Assembly: GCA_044229975.1 (NCBI GenBank)
Contig: JBGARZ010000012.1
Span: 192,001 to 256,000, forward strand
Length of the DNA stretch: 64,000 nucleotides
Source: Polyangiales bacterium
Lineage (GTDB): Bacteria > Myxococcota_A > Polyangia > Polyangiales > Ga0077539
Reading direction: 5' to 3'
Part shown: in pieces, positions 10,273 through 20,333 of the stretch
Position numbering within the stretch: the stretch's first letter is position 1
Layout of the letters: each line of letters opens with the position of its first letter
The notes under the pieces: generated by a model
What the model saw: the letters and a program-made list of their open reading frames with translations, nothing else
Databases searched by the model: none
What the model was told of the DNA's origin: nothing
Translations under genes and position numbers: made by a program

Positions 10273-11718
10273 CTACTTGCCGAGGGCGTCGAGCTTGCGG
10301 CGAGCCTGTTCGGTGAGCGCGTCGGCGGGGTGGTGCGTGACCAGCGCCTGCAACGCCACGCGCGCTTGATCGAGTCTGCCCGCCTGTTCGTAGAGCTCGG
10401 CGCCGATCCAGTAGGCGCGCGGGGCTTCGGGCGCCCGGGCGTGGTGACGGTGCATCTCTGCGACGGCGTCGAGCGCGACGGCGGCATGGGCCTCGCGGCG
10501 CGCGGCGGTGATCACCCGCTGGAGGGTCTCGGGGTCGTGCACGACCTCGGGGACGTTGCGGCGCGCGAGCGTCCAGCGCTCGACGACGCCACGATGGTCG
10601 GCCGCCTGGGATGCGTGGGCGATCACCGACCGGGTGAGCCGCGCGGCCGCCGTCACGTCACTCGACCGCGCCGCGCGCAGCCCGAGCTCGAACGCCTCGG
10701 TGTGTGCGGGGTCGCGAGCGAGGAGTTCGTCCGCCTTCGCGAGGGCCTCGGCGGGGCGACCGGCTTCGAGGTGGAGCGTCGCCTCGACGAAGGCGGGGTC
10801 GGCCTCGAAGACCACGGACTCGGCAGCGGAGGCGGCCTCCATCCGACGATCGACGCCGGTGGCGACGAGGACCCCGGCGGTGGCGAGGCCCATGACGAAG
10901 CCGCCCACGTGCGCCGAGTAGGCCACGCCGACGCTGGCCACGGCCTCGATGCGCGCCATGAGGAGCTGCTCCGCGAACCAGAAGAGCAGCGCGACCCAGG
11001 CGGGCGAGGAGAAGGTTCCGTAGCGGGGACGGAGGCCGAAGAAGAAGAACAGGTACGCGAAGCGGATGCGGGTCTTCGCGAAGACGACGGTGAACGCACC
11101 CATGGCCGCCGCGATGGCTCCGGACGCGCCGATGAGCGCCGGGCCGTGCGGGTGCAGCAGCCGAAACGCGAGGGCCGCGACCAGCGCGCCCGCGAGGTAG
11201 AACGCGAGGAATCGGAGCCGACCCCAGCGGTCTTCGAGGTTGAGGCCCACCAACCAGAGCATGAGCATGTTGCCCAGCAGGTGCATCCAGCCGCCGTGCG
11301 CGAAGGCGTAGGTGACCATGCGGAGGGGTCCGCTGACGCCGGGGTGATACGCGAGGGCGTAGCTCGGGGGCAGCGCTTCGAGCTGGCGCAGGAGCGCGCC
11401 GGTCGTCTCGATGCGATCGCGCACGGCGTCTGCCTCGGGGCTCACGCCGCCCTCGCGCACGGCGTTGACGAAGTCCTGACCGCGGATGGACGGTTGACCG
11501 CGAGCGGCCCGCGTCTCGTTCTCCTGCACCCACATCTGGCGGAGTTCGTCTTGCGCCGCGCGCAGCGTGGCGGCCGCCTCATCGCGCTGTCGGCCGGTGT
11601 CGGCCGCACCGGGGACGAAGCCGAGCTGCGCGATGAGGCACAGGAGCGCGATGACGATGGAGACCCACGGCAGCTTCCGCACCGTCATCTCCTCGTGGCC
11701 GATGGGAACGATGATCAC
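10273..11718 (-). CDS. Rhomboid intramembrane serine protease with C-terminal TPR region
   Basis: FAHGGWMHLLGNM, GASG, AHVGG. Confidence 0.92.
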   Translation of the reverse strand: MIIVPIGHEEMTVRKLPWVSIVIALLCLIAQLGFVPGAADTGRQRDEAAATLRAAQDELRQMWVQENETRAARGQPSIRGQDFVNAVREGGVSPEADAVRDRIETTGALLRQLEALPPSYALAYHPGVSGPLRMVTYAFAHGGWMHLLGNMLMLWLVGLNLEDRWGRLRFLAFYLAGALVAALAFRLLHPHGPALIGASGAIAAAMGAFTVVFAKTRIRFAYLFFFFGLRPRYGTFSSPAWVALLFWFAEQLLMARIEAVASVGVAYSAHVGGFVMGLATAGVLVATGVDRRMEAASAAESVVFEADPAFVEATLHLEAGRPAEALAKADELLARDPAHTEAFELGLRAARSSDVTAAARLTRSVIAHASQAADHRGVVERWTLARRNVPEVVHDPETLQRVITAARREAHAAVALDAVAEMHRHHARAPEAPRAYWIGAELYEQAGRLDQARVALQALVTHHPADALTEQARRKLDALGK

Positions 11719-11786
11719 GCGCAGCCCTCCATCCGCTTCTCTATCACGCCCCTGGCGTGACCGGGCAGCGCGGCGATGGGCGTACG

Positions 11787-12695
11787 ATGCGCGGCGTGAG
11801 CGAGCTGCCGCGACAGGTCGGGCCGTTTCGGGTGCTGCGTCGGTTGGGGGTCGGCGGCGCGGGCGAGGTGCTGCTGGCGGTGGCGCACGGCGCGGGCGGC
11901 TTCGAGAAGCGCGTGGCGCTCAAGGTGCTGCGCGAAGAGCTGCGCGGCGACCCGGACTACGAGCGGCTGCTGCTGGACGAAGCGCGGCGGGCGGCGAGGT
12001 TCGATCACCCGAACCTGGTGGGTGTTCATGACGTCGGGGTGTCCAACGGCGTGTACTGGGTGCGCATGGATTGGGTCGACGGCGCCGACCTCGCGACGCT
12101 GATGGCCAACGGCGGGGCAGTGGTGGAAGAGGGCGTGGCGCTGGCCGTGGCGCACGCGGTGGTGGAGGCGCTGGCGTACCTGCACGGGCTGCGCGACGAG
12201 GCGGGCCGAGAGCTCGGGCTGGTGCACCGCGACGTGTCACCGGGCAACGTGCTCATCGGGAAGAACGGCGCGGTGAAGCTGGGCGACTTCGGGCTGGCGA
12301 AGGCGACCGCGCACCGGGAGGACACGCGGGCGGGCGTGCGCAAGGGGAAGTACGCGTACATGAGCCCGGAGCAGGTGCGCGGCGAGGTGCTGGGCGCGGC
12401 GAGCGATCGCTTCGCCGTGGGCGTGATGCTCGCGGAGATGCTGACGGGGCGGCGTCCGTTTGGTGGGGACGGCGTGCTGGAGACGATGGAGCGCATCCGA
12501 GAAGCGACGCTGAGCGACGACGCGCTGACGGGCATGGCAGCGGACGTGGCGGCGGTGGTGCGGCGGTGCCTGAAGCGGGACGCGGGCGAGCGGTACGCGA
12601 CGACAGAGGCGCTGAGCGCGGCGCTGGGTGAGCTGCGGGCGGTGCGCGAGGGGCGATCGGTGGGGCCGTGGGTGGTGGAGCGGTTGGCGTCGTAG
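11787..12695 (+). CDS. Ser/Thr protein kinase
   Basis: GVGGAGEV, VALK, HRDVSPGN, DFG, GKYAYMSPEQ. Confidence 0.92.
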   Translation: MRGVSELPRQVGPFRVLRRLGVGGAGEVLLAVAHGAGGFEKRVALKVLREELRGDPDYERLLLDEARRAARFDHPNLVGVHDVGVSNGVYWVRMDWVDGADLATLMANGGAVVEEGVALAVAHAVVEALAYLHGLRDEAGRELGLVHRDVSPGNVLIGKNGAVKLGDFGLAKATAHREDTRAGVRKGKYAYMSPEQVRGEVLGAASDRFAVGVMLAEMLTGRRPFGGDGVLETMERIREATLSDDALTGMAADVAAVVRRCLKRDAGERYATTEALSAALGELRAVREGRSVGPWVVERLAS

Positions 12696-12706
12696 CGGGG
12701 CGCCCG

Positions 12707-14074
12707 TCACCCCCCGCGCGAGTCGATTTCCGTGGCGCGCGGGTCCAACAGGTAGCCCCGCTCGTCCCTCGTCAGCGCGTCGCCCAGTCCGAGTCGGCGC
12801 AGCGTGCTCATGGCGACGTGCACCCGGTGAGGCCCCGAGTCGCCCACCGGCCGCTGACCCGCCCACGCCAGCCGGACGATCTCCTCCACCTCGACGCCCT
12901 GCCCTGGCCGCTCGACCCGCGCATCCACGAGCGCACGCAGCACCCGCGCCAGCGCATGACGCCCCTCCAGCGAGACGGCCTCCTCGCCCGGCACATGCAG
13001 CCAGCGGGCGTCGCGCGCCACCACCACCACCGCGGTCACCTTCGACGGCGCGACCCCGACGCTCGCCGTCGTCGACCCCGCGAGCGCGTGGTCCATCGAC
13101 GCCGTGCGGGGCAGCGGGCTGTCGTCGGCCGCGGGCGCGAGGTGCTCGCGGACGAAGCGATCGAGGCCGAGCAGGTCGTCGTCCCAGCGCGCGCGCAACA
13201 TCGCGACCAGCAGCGCGTGCTGCAACCGCGGCGCCCGCCCATGGGCCCGCACGCACGACTCCCGAACGAGGTGCGGCAGGTCCTCCCCGCGCGCCGCCAG
13301 CGGTGGGAGCGCGATGACCCGCGCACCGAGCGATCGCACCAGGGCGTCGCGCGCGACACCCGGGTCGTCGGGGCGGTCGGGCCACCAGAGCATCGTGAGG
13401 CGGGAACGGAGAGCGGCGAGCAGCTCGTCCTGCCAGACCGCGTCGGCGAAGGGCAGCGGACCCACCAGCGCCGCGCGATCGACCGCGCGCGCGACGAGCG
13501 CCGCGAGGTCACCCGATGGACTTGTCGGCAGCGCGAGAAGAGAGGCAGGCGGATCGAGCCGCGACGCGAGGGCGGCCGCGACCGCATCGACGCCGACGAA
13601 AGGCTTTCCGCGCAGCAACACCACCGACGACCCGACGTCCTGCAGCGCGCTCGCCACCCACGCCATCGCCTCGCTGAACGCCGGAAACCCCGCCCCCGTC
13701 ACCACCGGCGGGAGCCGCGCCACGCTGCGCGCCACGAAGGTCACGCTGCCCACACGCAGCACCTCGCCGCTGCGAAGCGACGCCTCGGTGACGCGCGTGG
13801 CGTCGTGCCAGGTTCCGTTGCTGCTGCCGAGGTCGGTGACGGTGAGCGTGTCGGCGCCCGCCTCGACGCGCGCGTGACGCCGCGACACGCCGGGGTCGTC
13901 GAGCACCTCCGACGCCAGCGCCGCGTCGCGTCCCAGCGTGAGCGAGTCGCCGCGCGGCACGCAGATGCGTCGCCCGAGGAGCGCCGCGTCGCGGTGATCG
14001 ACGACGGTGAGCACCCAGTGCGGTTGCTCCGCGGGCGCGGCGTCGTCGAGGGTGACGGTGCGGGCCGAGCTCAT
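12707..14074 (-). CDS. FHA protein with degenerate sigma54 AAA+ domain and C-terminal winged helix
   Basis: FHA (GR, VSRRH, SSNGT); LPPLAARGEDL remnant; no GAFTGA; OmpR-like tail. Confidence 0.75.
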   Translation of the reverse strand: MSSARTVTLDDAAPAEQPHWVLTVVDHRDAALLGRRICVPRGDSLTLGRDAALASEVLDDPGVSRRHARVEAGADTLTVTDLGSSNGTWHDATRVTEASLRSGEVLRVGSVTFVARSVARLPPVVTGAGFPAFSEAMAWVASALQDVGSSVVLLRGKPFVGVDAVAAALASRLDPPASLLALPTSPSGDLAALVARAVDRAALVGPLPFADAVWQDELLAALRSRLTMLWWPDRPDDPGVARDALVRSLGARVIALPPLAARGEDLPHLVRESCVRAHGRAPRLQHALLVAMLRARWDDDLLGLDRFVREHLAPAADDSPLPRTASMDHALAGSTTASVGVAPSKVTAVVVVARDARWLHVPGEEAVSLEGRHALARVLRALVDARVERPGQGVEVEEIVRLAWAGQRPVGDSGPHRVHVAMSTLRRLGLGDALTRDERGYLLDPRATEIDSRGG

Positions 14075-15081
14075 CAGAAGCTCCACGCGAGGCCGAGGCC
14101 ACCGCGCGCGGCGCCGACGGTCACGGGGCGATGCGACGGAGGGACGAGTCGCCACACGAGGCCCGCCACGACGGCCGCGCTGCCGACGGAGAGAGCAACA
14201 ATGGAGAGGTCACGGTAGAGCCCGGCGCTGTCGTGGAGGTCACGGGCGTTGGCGTCGGGCGCGCACTCGATGGCCTCGGTCGCGGGGTCGTCGGCGGCAC
14301 CGCAGCGGGCTCGCAGCGACGACACGGCGTCACCGCGCAGCACCGAGAAGACCACGGCGCCCGTGAGCACCGCCGCGCCGGCGCCGACGAGCACCCAGGG
14401 CGCGACCGACCGATGAGGCTCGATCGCGACGGGCGGTGGTGCAACAGGCCGAACGACAACGGGTGCAGAGACAACAGGTGCGACGACGACGGGGGTCGGT
14501 GCGACGGGTTCGGGGCGTGGGGTCTCGGCGACGAGGGAGACCTCCTCGCGCAGCGTGGCGCGTGCGGCGACGATGACCGGGCGCTCCAGCGGGTGGTGGC
14601 CGGGGGCGGTGATGCGGAGCACGACGGTTCCGACCGGGACGCGCAGCGGGGCGGGCAGCGGGAGTGTTCCGGCGGGGCGGTCGTCGACGAGCACGGTCGC
14701 GCCGACGGGGCGGCCTTCGAGGGTGAGGGAGCCGAGGTGTTCGCGCACGGCGACGAGGGCGGCGCGGAGCGTGGGGGTGTTGCGGGCGATCCAGGGGTCG
14801 GCGGCGGCGAGGGCTTCGAGCAGGTGGCGCTCGGCATCGACCCAGCGACCGAGGGCCTGCTCGGCGAGGGCGATCTGGGCGAGCGTCGAGGCCGCGCGAT
14901 CGAGCGCCCAGGCGGCCTCGAAGGAGCGCAGCGCGTCGGCGTCCCGCTGCGCCCGCCGGGCGGCGAAGCCCTCGCGGAGGAGGACCTGCACGTCGGAAGT
15001 CTGGGCGTGCACGGGCGTCGCTCCAGCGAGCAGGAGCGCGCAGAGCAGAGCACCCGCCGCGTGTCGTCGCCTCGTCTGCAC
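14074..15081 (-). CDS. TPR + PEGA domain membrane protein
   Basis: Signal peptide, TPR helices, PEGA (GATVLVDD...G), C-terminal TM; start GTG 15081 inferred. Confidence 0.8.
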   Translation of the reverse strand: MQTRRRHAAGALLCALLLAGATPVHAQTSDVQVLLREGFAARRAQRDADALRSFEAAWALDRAASTLAQIALAEQALGRWVDAERHLLEALAAADPWIARNTPTLRAALVAVREHLGSLTLEGRPVGATVLVDDRPAGTLPLPAPLRVPVGTVVLRITAPGHHPLERPVIVAARATLREEVSLVAETPRPEPVAPTPVVVAPVVSAPVVVRPVAPPPVAIEPHRSVAPWVLVGAGAAVLTGAVVFSVLRGDAVSSLRARCGAADDPATEAIECAPDANARDLHDSAGLYRDLSIVALSVGSAAVVAGLVWRLVPPSHRPVTVGAARGGLGLAWSF

Positions 15082-15184
15082 CGTTCTGTCTATGTCTACA
15101 CGAAGCCCACGGCCCCGGTCTCGCACTGCGGAGGCGAGCGCTTCGGCTTCAGCCCGGCCGTTGAAGGGCATAGCCTCGTGCCCG

Positions 15185-16276
15185 GTGAACTCCGTCTCCG
15201 TCGTGCTGGGTCTCGCGTTGTTCACCGCGGGGGCGAGCGCGCAACAGGTCACCGTGGTGGCGGGCGGCGACGTGCTCGTGCATCGCAGCGTGGCGCTCAC
15301 CGCGGCCTCGCACGCGGCGGAGGGCGGCTTCGACTGGGTGCTTGCGCCGTTGCGCTCGGAGCTGCCCGACGACGCGGTGGCCTTCGCCAACCTGGAGAGC
15401 CCGCTGTCCGAGCGGCACCGGCGGCCGGGCGACTTCCGGATGCCCATCCTCGGCGCCGACCCCGACCTGGCGAGGGCGTTGGGTGCCGTGGGCTTCGACG
15501 TCGTGTCGGTCGCCAACAACCATGCCTTCGACCAGACGGGCGACGGGCTCTTCGAGACGACCGAGGCCCTGCGCGCGGCCCACGTCGGCTTCGCGGGCGC
15601 GGGGCGCACCTACGTCGAAGCCGGCGCCGTGAGCGTGGTCGAACGCAACCGGCTGCGCGTCGGCGTGGTGGCCTTCACCGATCACCTCAACGCGAGCACG
15701 GGGCCCAACCGGCATCGTCTCCTCCTGGGCGTGGCCGTGGGTGGAGACCGCGTGGTCGCCGCGCTGCGGGCCGCACGGAGGAGGGCCGACGTGGTGGTGC
15801 TGTCGATCCACTGGGGGCGCGACTTCACGTACGCCCCGAGTGCCGCGCAGCGCGCGCTCGCCCGCCGCTGGGTCGACGCGGGCGCCGACCTCATCGTCGG
15901 GACGGGTCCCCACGTGCTCCAGCGCGTCGAGCGCATGGGATCACCGCGCGGCGACGCCGTGGTCGCGTGGTCGATGGGAAACCTCGTGTCCAACCAGGGC
16001 TTCGGCTACCGCGAGGGCACGGCGACGCCTTCTCGCAACGATCCGGCGACGGCGCCGTATGCGCGCGACGGAGCGCTGCTGCGAGTGAGCTTCGAGCGTG
16101 GGGCCCGCCGCTCGGTGCACGTCCGTGGGTTGGAGGCGGTGCCGCTGTGGACCGAGCACAACGAAGGCGGGTGCGTGCGCGCGTCGCCGCTGCGGGAGGC
16201 TCCGCCGACGATGCGCGCCGAGCGGCGGGTGGCGATCGCGCGGGCGCTCGGGAGCGCTGTCACGCTGCGTGAGTGA
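15185..16276 (+). CDS. CapA/PgsA-family metallophosphoesterase
   Basis: GGDV, NLESP, ANNHAFD, HWG, GPHVLQ, SMGN. Confidence 0.9.
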   Translation: MNSVSVVLGLALFTAGASAQQVTVVAGGDVLVHRSVALTAASHAAEGGFDWVLAPLRSELPDDAVAFANLESPLSERHRRPGDFRMPILGADPDLARALGAVGFDVVSVANNHAFDQTGDGLFETTEALRAAHVGFAGAGRTYVEAGAVSVVERNRLRVGVVAFTDHLNASTGPNRHRLLLGVAVGGDRVVAALRAARRRADVVVLSIHWGRDFTYAPSAAQRALARRWVDAGADLIVGTGPHVLQRVERMGSPRGDAVVAWSMGNLVSNQGFGYREGTATPSRNDPATAPYARDGALLRVSFERGARRSVHVRGLEAVPLWTEHNEGGCVRASPLREAPPTMRAERRVAIARALGSAVTLRE

Positions 16277-16448
16277 CCGTCACGCGGGCGGTGGGTCGAC
16301 GAGCTGCACGTCGCGCGCGATGACGCGGATGAAGGATCTCCATGGGTTGACCACTCCCCTTGGAGATCCACGGACCGCCACCCCCGCCGCCACCCTGCCG
16401 CCACCCGCCGCCACCCCGCCGACGACGGCGTTTCTCGATGATTCTCGT

Positions 16449-16463
16449 TGGCACGCTCCGCGC
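16449..16463 (+). promoter_or_regulatory. Possible sigma54 -24/-12 promoter
   Basis: TGGCACGCTCCGCGC: GG and GC correctly spaced, TT missing; 15 nt before ATG 16479. Confidence 0.3.
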
Positions 16464-16478
16464 TCTGCGAGCGCTGCG

Positions 16479-17354
16479 ATGGCGACGCCCTTCGACAGCC
16501 TGGCGAAAGAGATCCTCGACGTGCTGCTGCACGACCTCGGTCGACTGGAGACCGAGGTGGACGTGCCCGCCCTCTCGTCGCAACGCGCCGACCTGTTCTT
16601 CGTCCCCGAGCCGTTGCGAGACGACGAGCGTCGCGCTCTCGGTCTGCTCGGTCGCATTACGGCGGTGGCCGTGCTGCTGGAGCCCTTCCACGGAGCACCA
16701 AGCCTAGACGATGTGTTCGCGTGCTTGCGCAAGGTGCTCAACCACCGCCACGCGATGCGGTTGGCAAAGCGTCCCGTTGCGGAGCGCGCCTGGTTGTTGT
16801 GCGGCCGTCGCCCCGACGCAGCCTTCCGCGCACTCGGTGCGGTCCCCGCTCCGGGTTGGCCGCGGGGCGTCTATCACCTGAGCGCGGGGATGCCGGTGTC
16901 CTTCGTCGTGCTCTCGGAGCTGGAGGAGACCGACGACACGCTGTCGCTCAGGCTCATGGGATCCGGCGCGACGCTCGCAGCGGCGCTGCGAACACTGCGC
17001 GAGCGCTACAGCGTGTTGCCGCGCGGGCGTGCGTTGTTCGCCGAGGTGGTACAGATGTTCCTGGCAGCGCGGAAACGCGGCGAACGACTCACGGAGGAGT
17101 TCATGGTCGATCTCACTGAGGCCTACGAGTACATGGATCGCCAGCACGAGGAGGGGCTCCAAAAGGGTCGCGAGGAGGGAGCTCGCTCCATGCTGACGCG
17201 CCTCACGGAGCTGAAGCTCGCGCGACCGCTGACCGACGCCGAGCGCGCCGTGATGCTCCAACGCATCGAACTCGACGGCGTCGAGGCAGTGGGCGAGGCG
17301 CTGGTGTCTCTCGACCGCGATGCTCTCGGGGTCTGGCTCTCCTCCTTGCGATGA
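16479..17354 (+). CDS. Rpn/DUF4351-like PD-(D/E)XK-related protein
   Basis: FDSLAKEIL, RADLFFVP, LLEPF; C-terminal EEGLQKGREEG repeat and DUF4351-like tail. Confidence 0.7.
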   Translation: MATPFDSLAKEILDVLLHDLGRLETEVDVPALSSQRADLFFVPEPLRDDERRALGLLGRITAVAVLLEPFHGAPSLDDVFACLRKVLNHRHAMRLAKRPVAERAWLLCGRRPDAAFRALGAVPAPGWPRGVYHLSAGMPVSFVVLSELEETDDTLSLRLMGSGATLAAALRTLRERYSVLPRGRALFAEVVQMFLAARKRGERLTEEFMVDLTEAYEYMDRQHEEGLQKGREEGARSMLTRLTELKLARPLTDAERAVMLQRIELDGVEAVGEALVSLDRDALGVWLSSLR

Positions 17355-17458
17355 CCGCACGCCGCCCGTGACCGGCGGCTACCTCGGTCACCCCATGACA
17401 CCCCAGCGCATCGTTCAGCCAGTGGCATTCCGAGGCCGATCGGGCGAACCATGCGCGC

Positions 17459-18658
17459 ATGGAGCTCGAACTCTGGTCCCCCCGCGTCGACCCCGCCTTC
17501 GCCGCGACCGTCGCGCGAACCGTCGCTGAGGTCGTCGCGCCCGCAGCGGAAACCATCGACCGCGACGACTGCTACCCGAAGGACGTCGTCCGCTCGCTCG
17601 CGCGGGCGGGCTTCACCGCCGCGACCTTCCCGACCGAGCTCGGCGGCGGCGGCAGACCCTTCGCCGACCTCGTCGCCATCTTCGAGGAGGTCGCCGCGGC
17701 AAGCGCCGCGACGGCCACATCGCTCATCACCATCTTCCAGGCGGGCGAGACGATCCACCTCTTCGGCAGCGAGGCGTTGCAGCGCCGGTACCTGCCCGCC
17801 ATCGCCAACGGGCTGCTGTGCTCCTTCGCGATGACCGAGGCGCGCGGCGGCAGCGACGTGAAGAAGCTCGACACGCGGGCCCGCCGGGAAGGCGACCACT
17901 GGGTGCTCGACGGCAGAAAGTCCTTCGTGACGAGCGCGTCGGCGGCGGAGCTGTTCGTCATCCTCGCCGAGACGGACGCGGGCGTGAGCGCGTTTGCGGT
18001 GCCCAGCGATACGCCGGGCGCGACGCTGCACGCGCCACCGTCGGCGCGCACCTTCGGCCTGCGCAACGGGCCGCACGTCGACCTCGTGCTCGAAGGCGCG
18101 CGGCTGCCGCTCGACCACCTGCTCGGCGAGGAGGGCAAAGGCATCCGCGCCGCGGCGACGACGCTCGACCACTCGCGCGTGCTGGCGGCGGCGATCGGGT
18201 GCGGCATCGCTCGCGCGGCGTTTTCGGGGGCGCTGACCTTCGCGGACAAGCGGAGCGTCTCGGGGCACTACGTCATCGAGATGCAGGGCATCCAGTGGTA
18301 CCTGGCCGACCTGCTCGCGGAGATCGACTCGGCGCGGCTGCTCACCTACGAGGCCGCGCGTCACCTCGACGCGGCAGCACCCACGCACAGGCTCCCGCGC
18401 GAGTCGGAGGCGAGGCGACGCGCCCTGCTCGACATCCAGCGATGGTCGTCGTCGGCGAAGCTCGTCGCGACGCGCACGGCGGTCAACGCGGCGCTCCAGG
18501 CGATCCAGATCTGCGGGGTGCGCGGCTGCGTCGAGACGGCACCGTTCGGGCGCTACCTGCGCGACGCCAAGACCTACGAGATCGCGGGCGGCTCGTCGGA
18601 GATCCTGAAGAACACCCTCGGCGAGTACCTCATGGAAGCCGTCGACGGGCCGGGCTAG
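17459..18658 (+). CDS. Acyl-CoA dehydrogenase family flavoprotein
   Basis: FAMTEARGGSD, LDGRKSFVT, QGIQWYLAD, YLRDAK. Confidence 0.9.
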   Translation: MELELWSPRVDPAFAATVARTVAEVVAPAAETIDRDDCYPKDVVRSLARAGFTAATFPTELGGGGRPFADLVAIFEEVAAASAATATSLITIFQAGETIHLFGSEALQRRYLPAIANGLLCSFAMTEARGGSDVKKLDTRARREGDHWVLDGRKSFVTSASAAELFVILAETDAGVSAFAVPSDTPGATLHAPPSARTFGLRNGPHVDLVLEGARLPLDHLLGEEGKGIRAAATTLDHSRVLAAAIGCGIARAAFSGALTFADKRSVSGHYVIEMQGIQWYLADLLAEIDSARLLTYEAARHLDAAAPTHRLPRESEARRRALLDIQRWSSSAKLVATRTAVNAALQAIQICGVRGCVETAPFGRYLRDAKTYEIAGGSSEILKNTLGEYLMEAVDGPG

Positions 18659-18931
18659 CACCGTTCCATCGGGGCCTGAAGCGTTCAGGAGCACCCATTC
18701 CCGTCAGCCCAACGCCCCTCACCGTCGCGGAGCGACGGGGCGACCGCTCACCTCTCCGTCCAGGGCGACGTCGCCAAGATCGCTTGGTTCTCCGTGCCGC
18801 GGGATGAATCCCTCTCACTTCGACACATCGGCGCCCGGGCACAGCGACCTTGAGAGGGATGAGGCTCAGTGCTCCTCGGTCGTCATCTCGCTGGTTGCGC
18901 AAATCGTGGATGCTGCCGACGACCTCCCCCG

Positions 18932-19573
18932 CTACCAGACGCCGACGAGCGCCGCGCCGTTGAGCGACGGGGCGAGGCTCCACGCGATGGCGCTGTTGCG
19001 GTGGCGGGCCGCGCGCGTGGGGATGAGCAGGAGGTTGGCTTCGCCCACGATGACGTCCTGCGCGAAGGTGATGGCGGCCGACACGGGCCGGTCGTAGCCG
19101 ACCCAGAGGATGAGCCCCGAGGCGACCGAGACGACCCCGACGAGCACGTGGTTGTACCAGGCACGCGCGGAGTTTTCGGCGTCGGCGGCGGCGACCATGG
19201 CGGCGTCGATGTTGCCGGTGCGACGCGCGTCCGCCGCGGCACGCCACACGCGCGGGACGGGCGTGATCACCATGCCGGCGACCGCGAGCGCAGCGCACCC
19301 CGCGCCGACGGCGGCGTCGATGCGCAGGCCGGGGTCTTCGAGGGCGAGCGCCAGGGTGGTCTCGGCGACGGCCGCGATGGCGTACGCCGAGGTGAAGCCC
19401 CAGAACCAGATGCGCGCGTGGGTGGCGTCGCGGTCGAGGAGGTCGAGCCGCGGATCAATCACAGGCGCAGGCGCAGGTGCGACGACGACCGGGGCCGCGG
19501 TCGCGGGCGGGTCGGCGAGCGCGGTGACGGGCGCGACGGCGAGCGCGAGGCAGAGGGTGGGTGCGGCGCGCAT
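18932..19573 (-). CDS. Membrane protein with signal peptide
   Basis: MRAAPTLCLALAVAPVTALA signal; 3-4 TM helices. Confidence 0.7.
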   Translation of the reverse strand: MRAAPTLCLALAVAPVTALADPPATAAPVVVAPAPAPVIDPRLDLLDRDATHARIWFWGFTSAYAIAAVAETTLALALEDPGLRIDAAVGAGCAALAVAGMVITPVPRVWRAAADARRTGNIDAAMVAAADAENSARAWYNHVLVGVVSVASGLILWVGYDRPVSAAITFAQDVIVGEANLLLIPTRAARHRNSAIAWSLAPSLNGAALVGVW

Positions 19574-19619
19574 GGAGGACGAATAACACGGGCCGGGCCG
19601 GTGATACCCTGCGGCGCGC

Positions 19620-20333
19620 ATGAGCCCCTTCGCAGACCCTTGGCCGCACGGTGGCATCGACGAGATCTTCCCCGACGTCTTCCTCGTGCGCGGGACCTTC
19701 CGCAACGGGCCCGGCCTCTCCGTCGGTCGCAACATGACGGTGCTCCGCGATGGCGACGCCCTCACCATCGTCAACGCCGTGCGCCTCGACCCCGCCGGCG
19801 AGCGCGCGCTCGACCAACTCGGAACCGTCCGCCACCTCGTGCGCCTCGGGTTCTTCCACACCCGCGATGACCCGTACTACCGCGACCGCTACGCGCCGAC
19901 GTGCTGGACGTCGCTGCCGCCCGATGCGTCCACCGAGCGCCTCGTCGACGGTGGTGCGAGCCCATCGGCGCGCGCGCAGGTCTTCTCCTTCACCCACGCG
20001 AGCGGCGGCGAAGCGGCCCTCCTCGTGAAGCAACCCGCGGGCAACCTCCTCGTCACCTGCGACAGCGTGCAGCACTGGCCCGACACGTCGGACTGCTCGT
20101 TCCTCGGCGGGCTCGCGTGCCGGGCGCTGGGCTTCCTCCGCAACCGGGCGACCATCGGCCCCATCTGGATGAAGGAGATGACCAACGGCCGACCACACGC
20201 GCTGCGCCCCGACTTCGAACGACTGCTCGCGCAAGACTTCACGCACCTCATCTCCGCCCACGGCAACGTGCTGCGCGACACGGCGCGCGCCGACCTCCGA
20301 CGGTCGTGCGCGACGGCCCTCGGGATGACGTGA
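19620..20333 (+). CDS. Metallo-beta-lactamase-fold protein (DUF4336-like)
   Basis: RNMTVLR, FHTRDD, LVTCDS, ISAHG. Confidence 0.7.
   Translation: MSPFADPWPHGGIDEIFPDVFLVRGTFRNGPGLSVGRNMTVLRDGDALTIVNAVRLDPAGERALDQLGTVRHLVRLGFFHTRDDPYYRDRYAPTCWTSLPPDASTERLVDGGASPSARAQVFSFTHASGGEAALLVKQPAGNLLVTCDSVQHWPDTSDCSFLGGLACRALGFLRNRATIGPIWMKEMTNGRPHALRPDFERLLAQDFTHLISAHGNVLRDTARADLRRSCATALGMT

Noticed and set aside
18700..18865. Hairpins including a 10-bp inverted repeat (18808-18817/18851-18860) and a lone gcccaac
   Set aside because: Between convergent genes, so likely terminator-like; no L boxes or partner core for an attC; no RNA family recognised
19901..20329. Long N-terminal ORF extensions (also 39246 for pheS, 38465 for the peptidase, 63629 for the metallopeptidase)
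   Set aside because: They overlap neighbouring genes or non-coding tracts; downstream starts match domain boundaries
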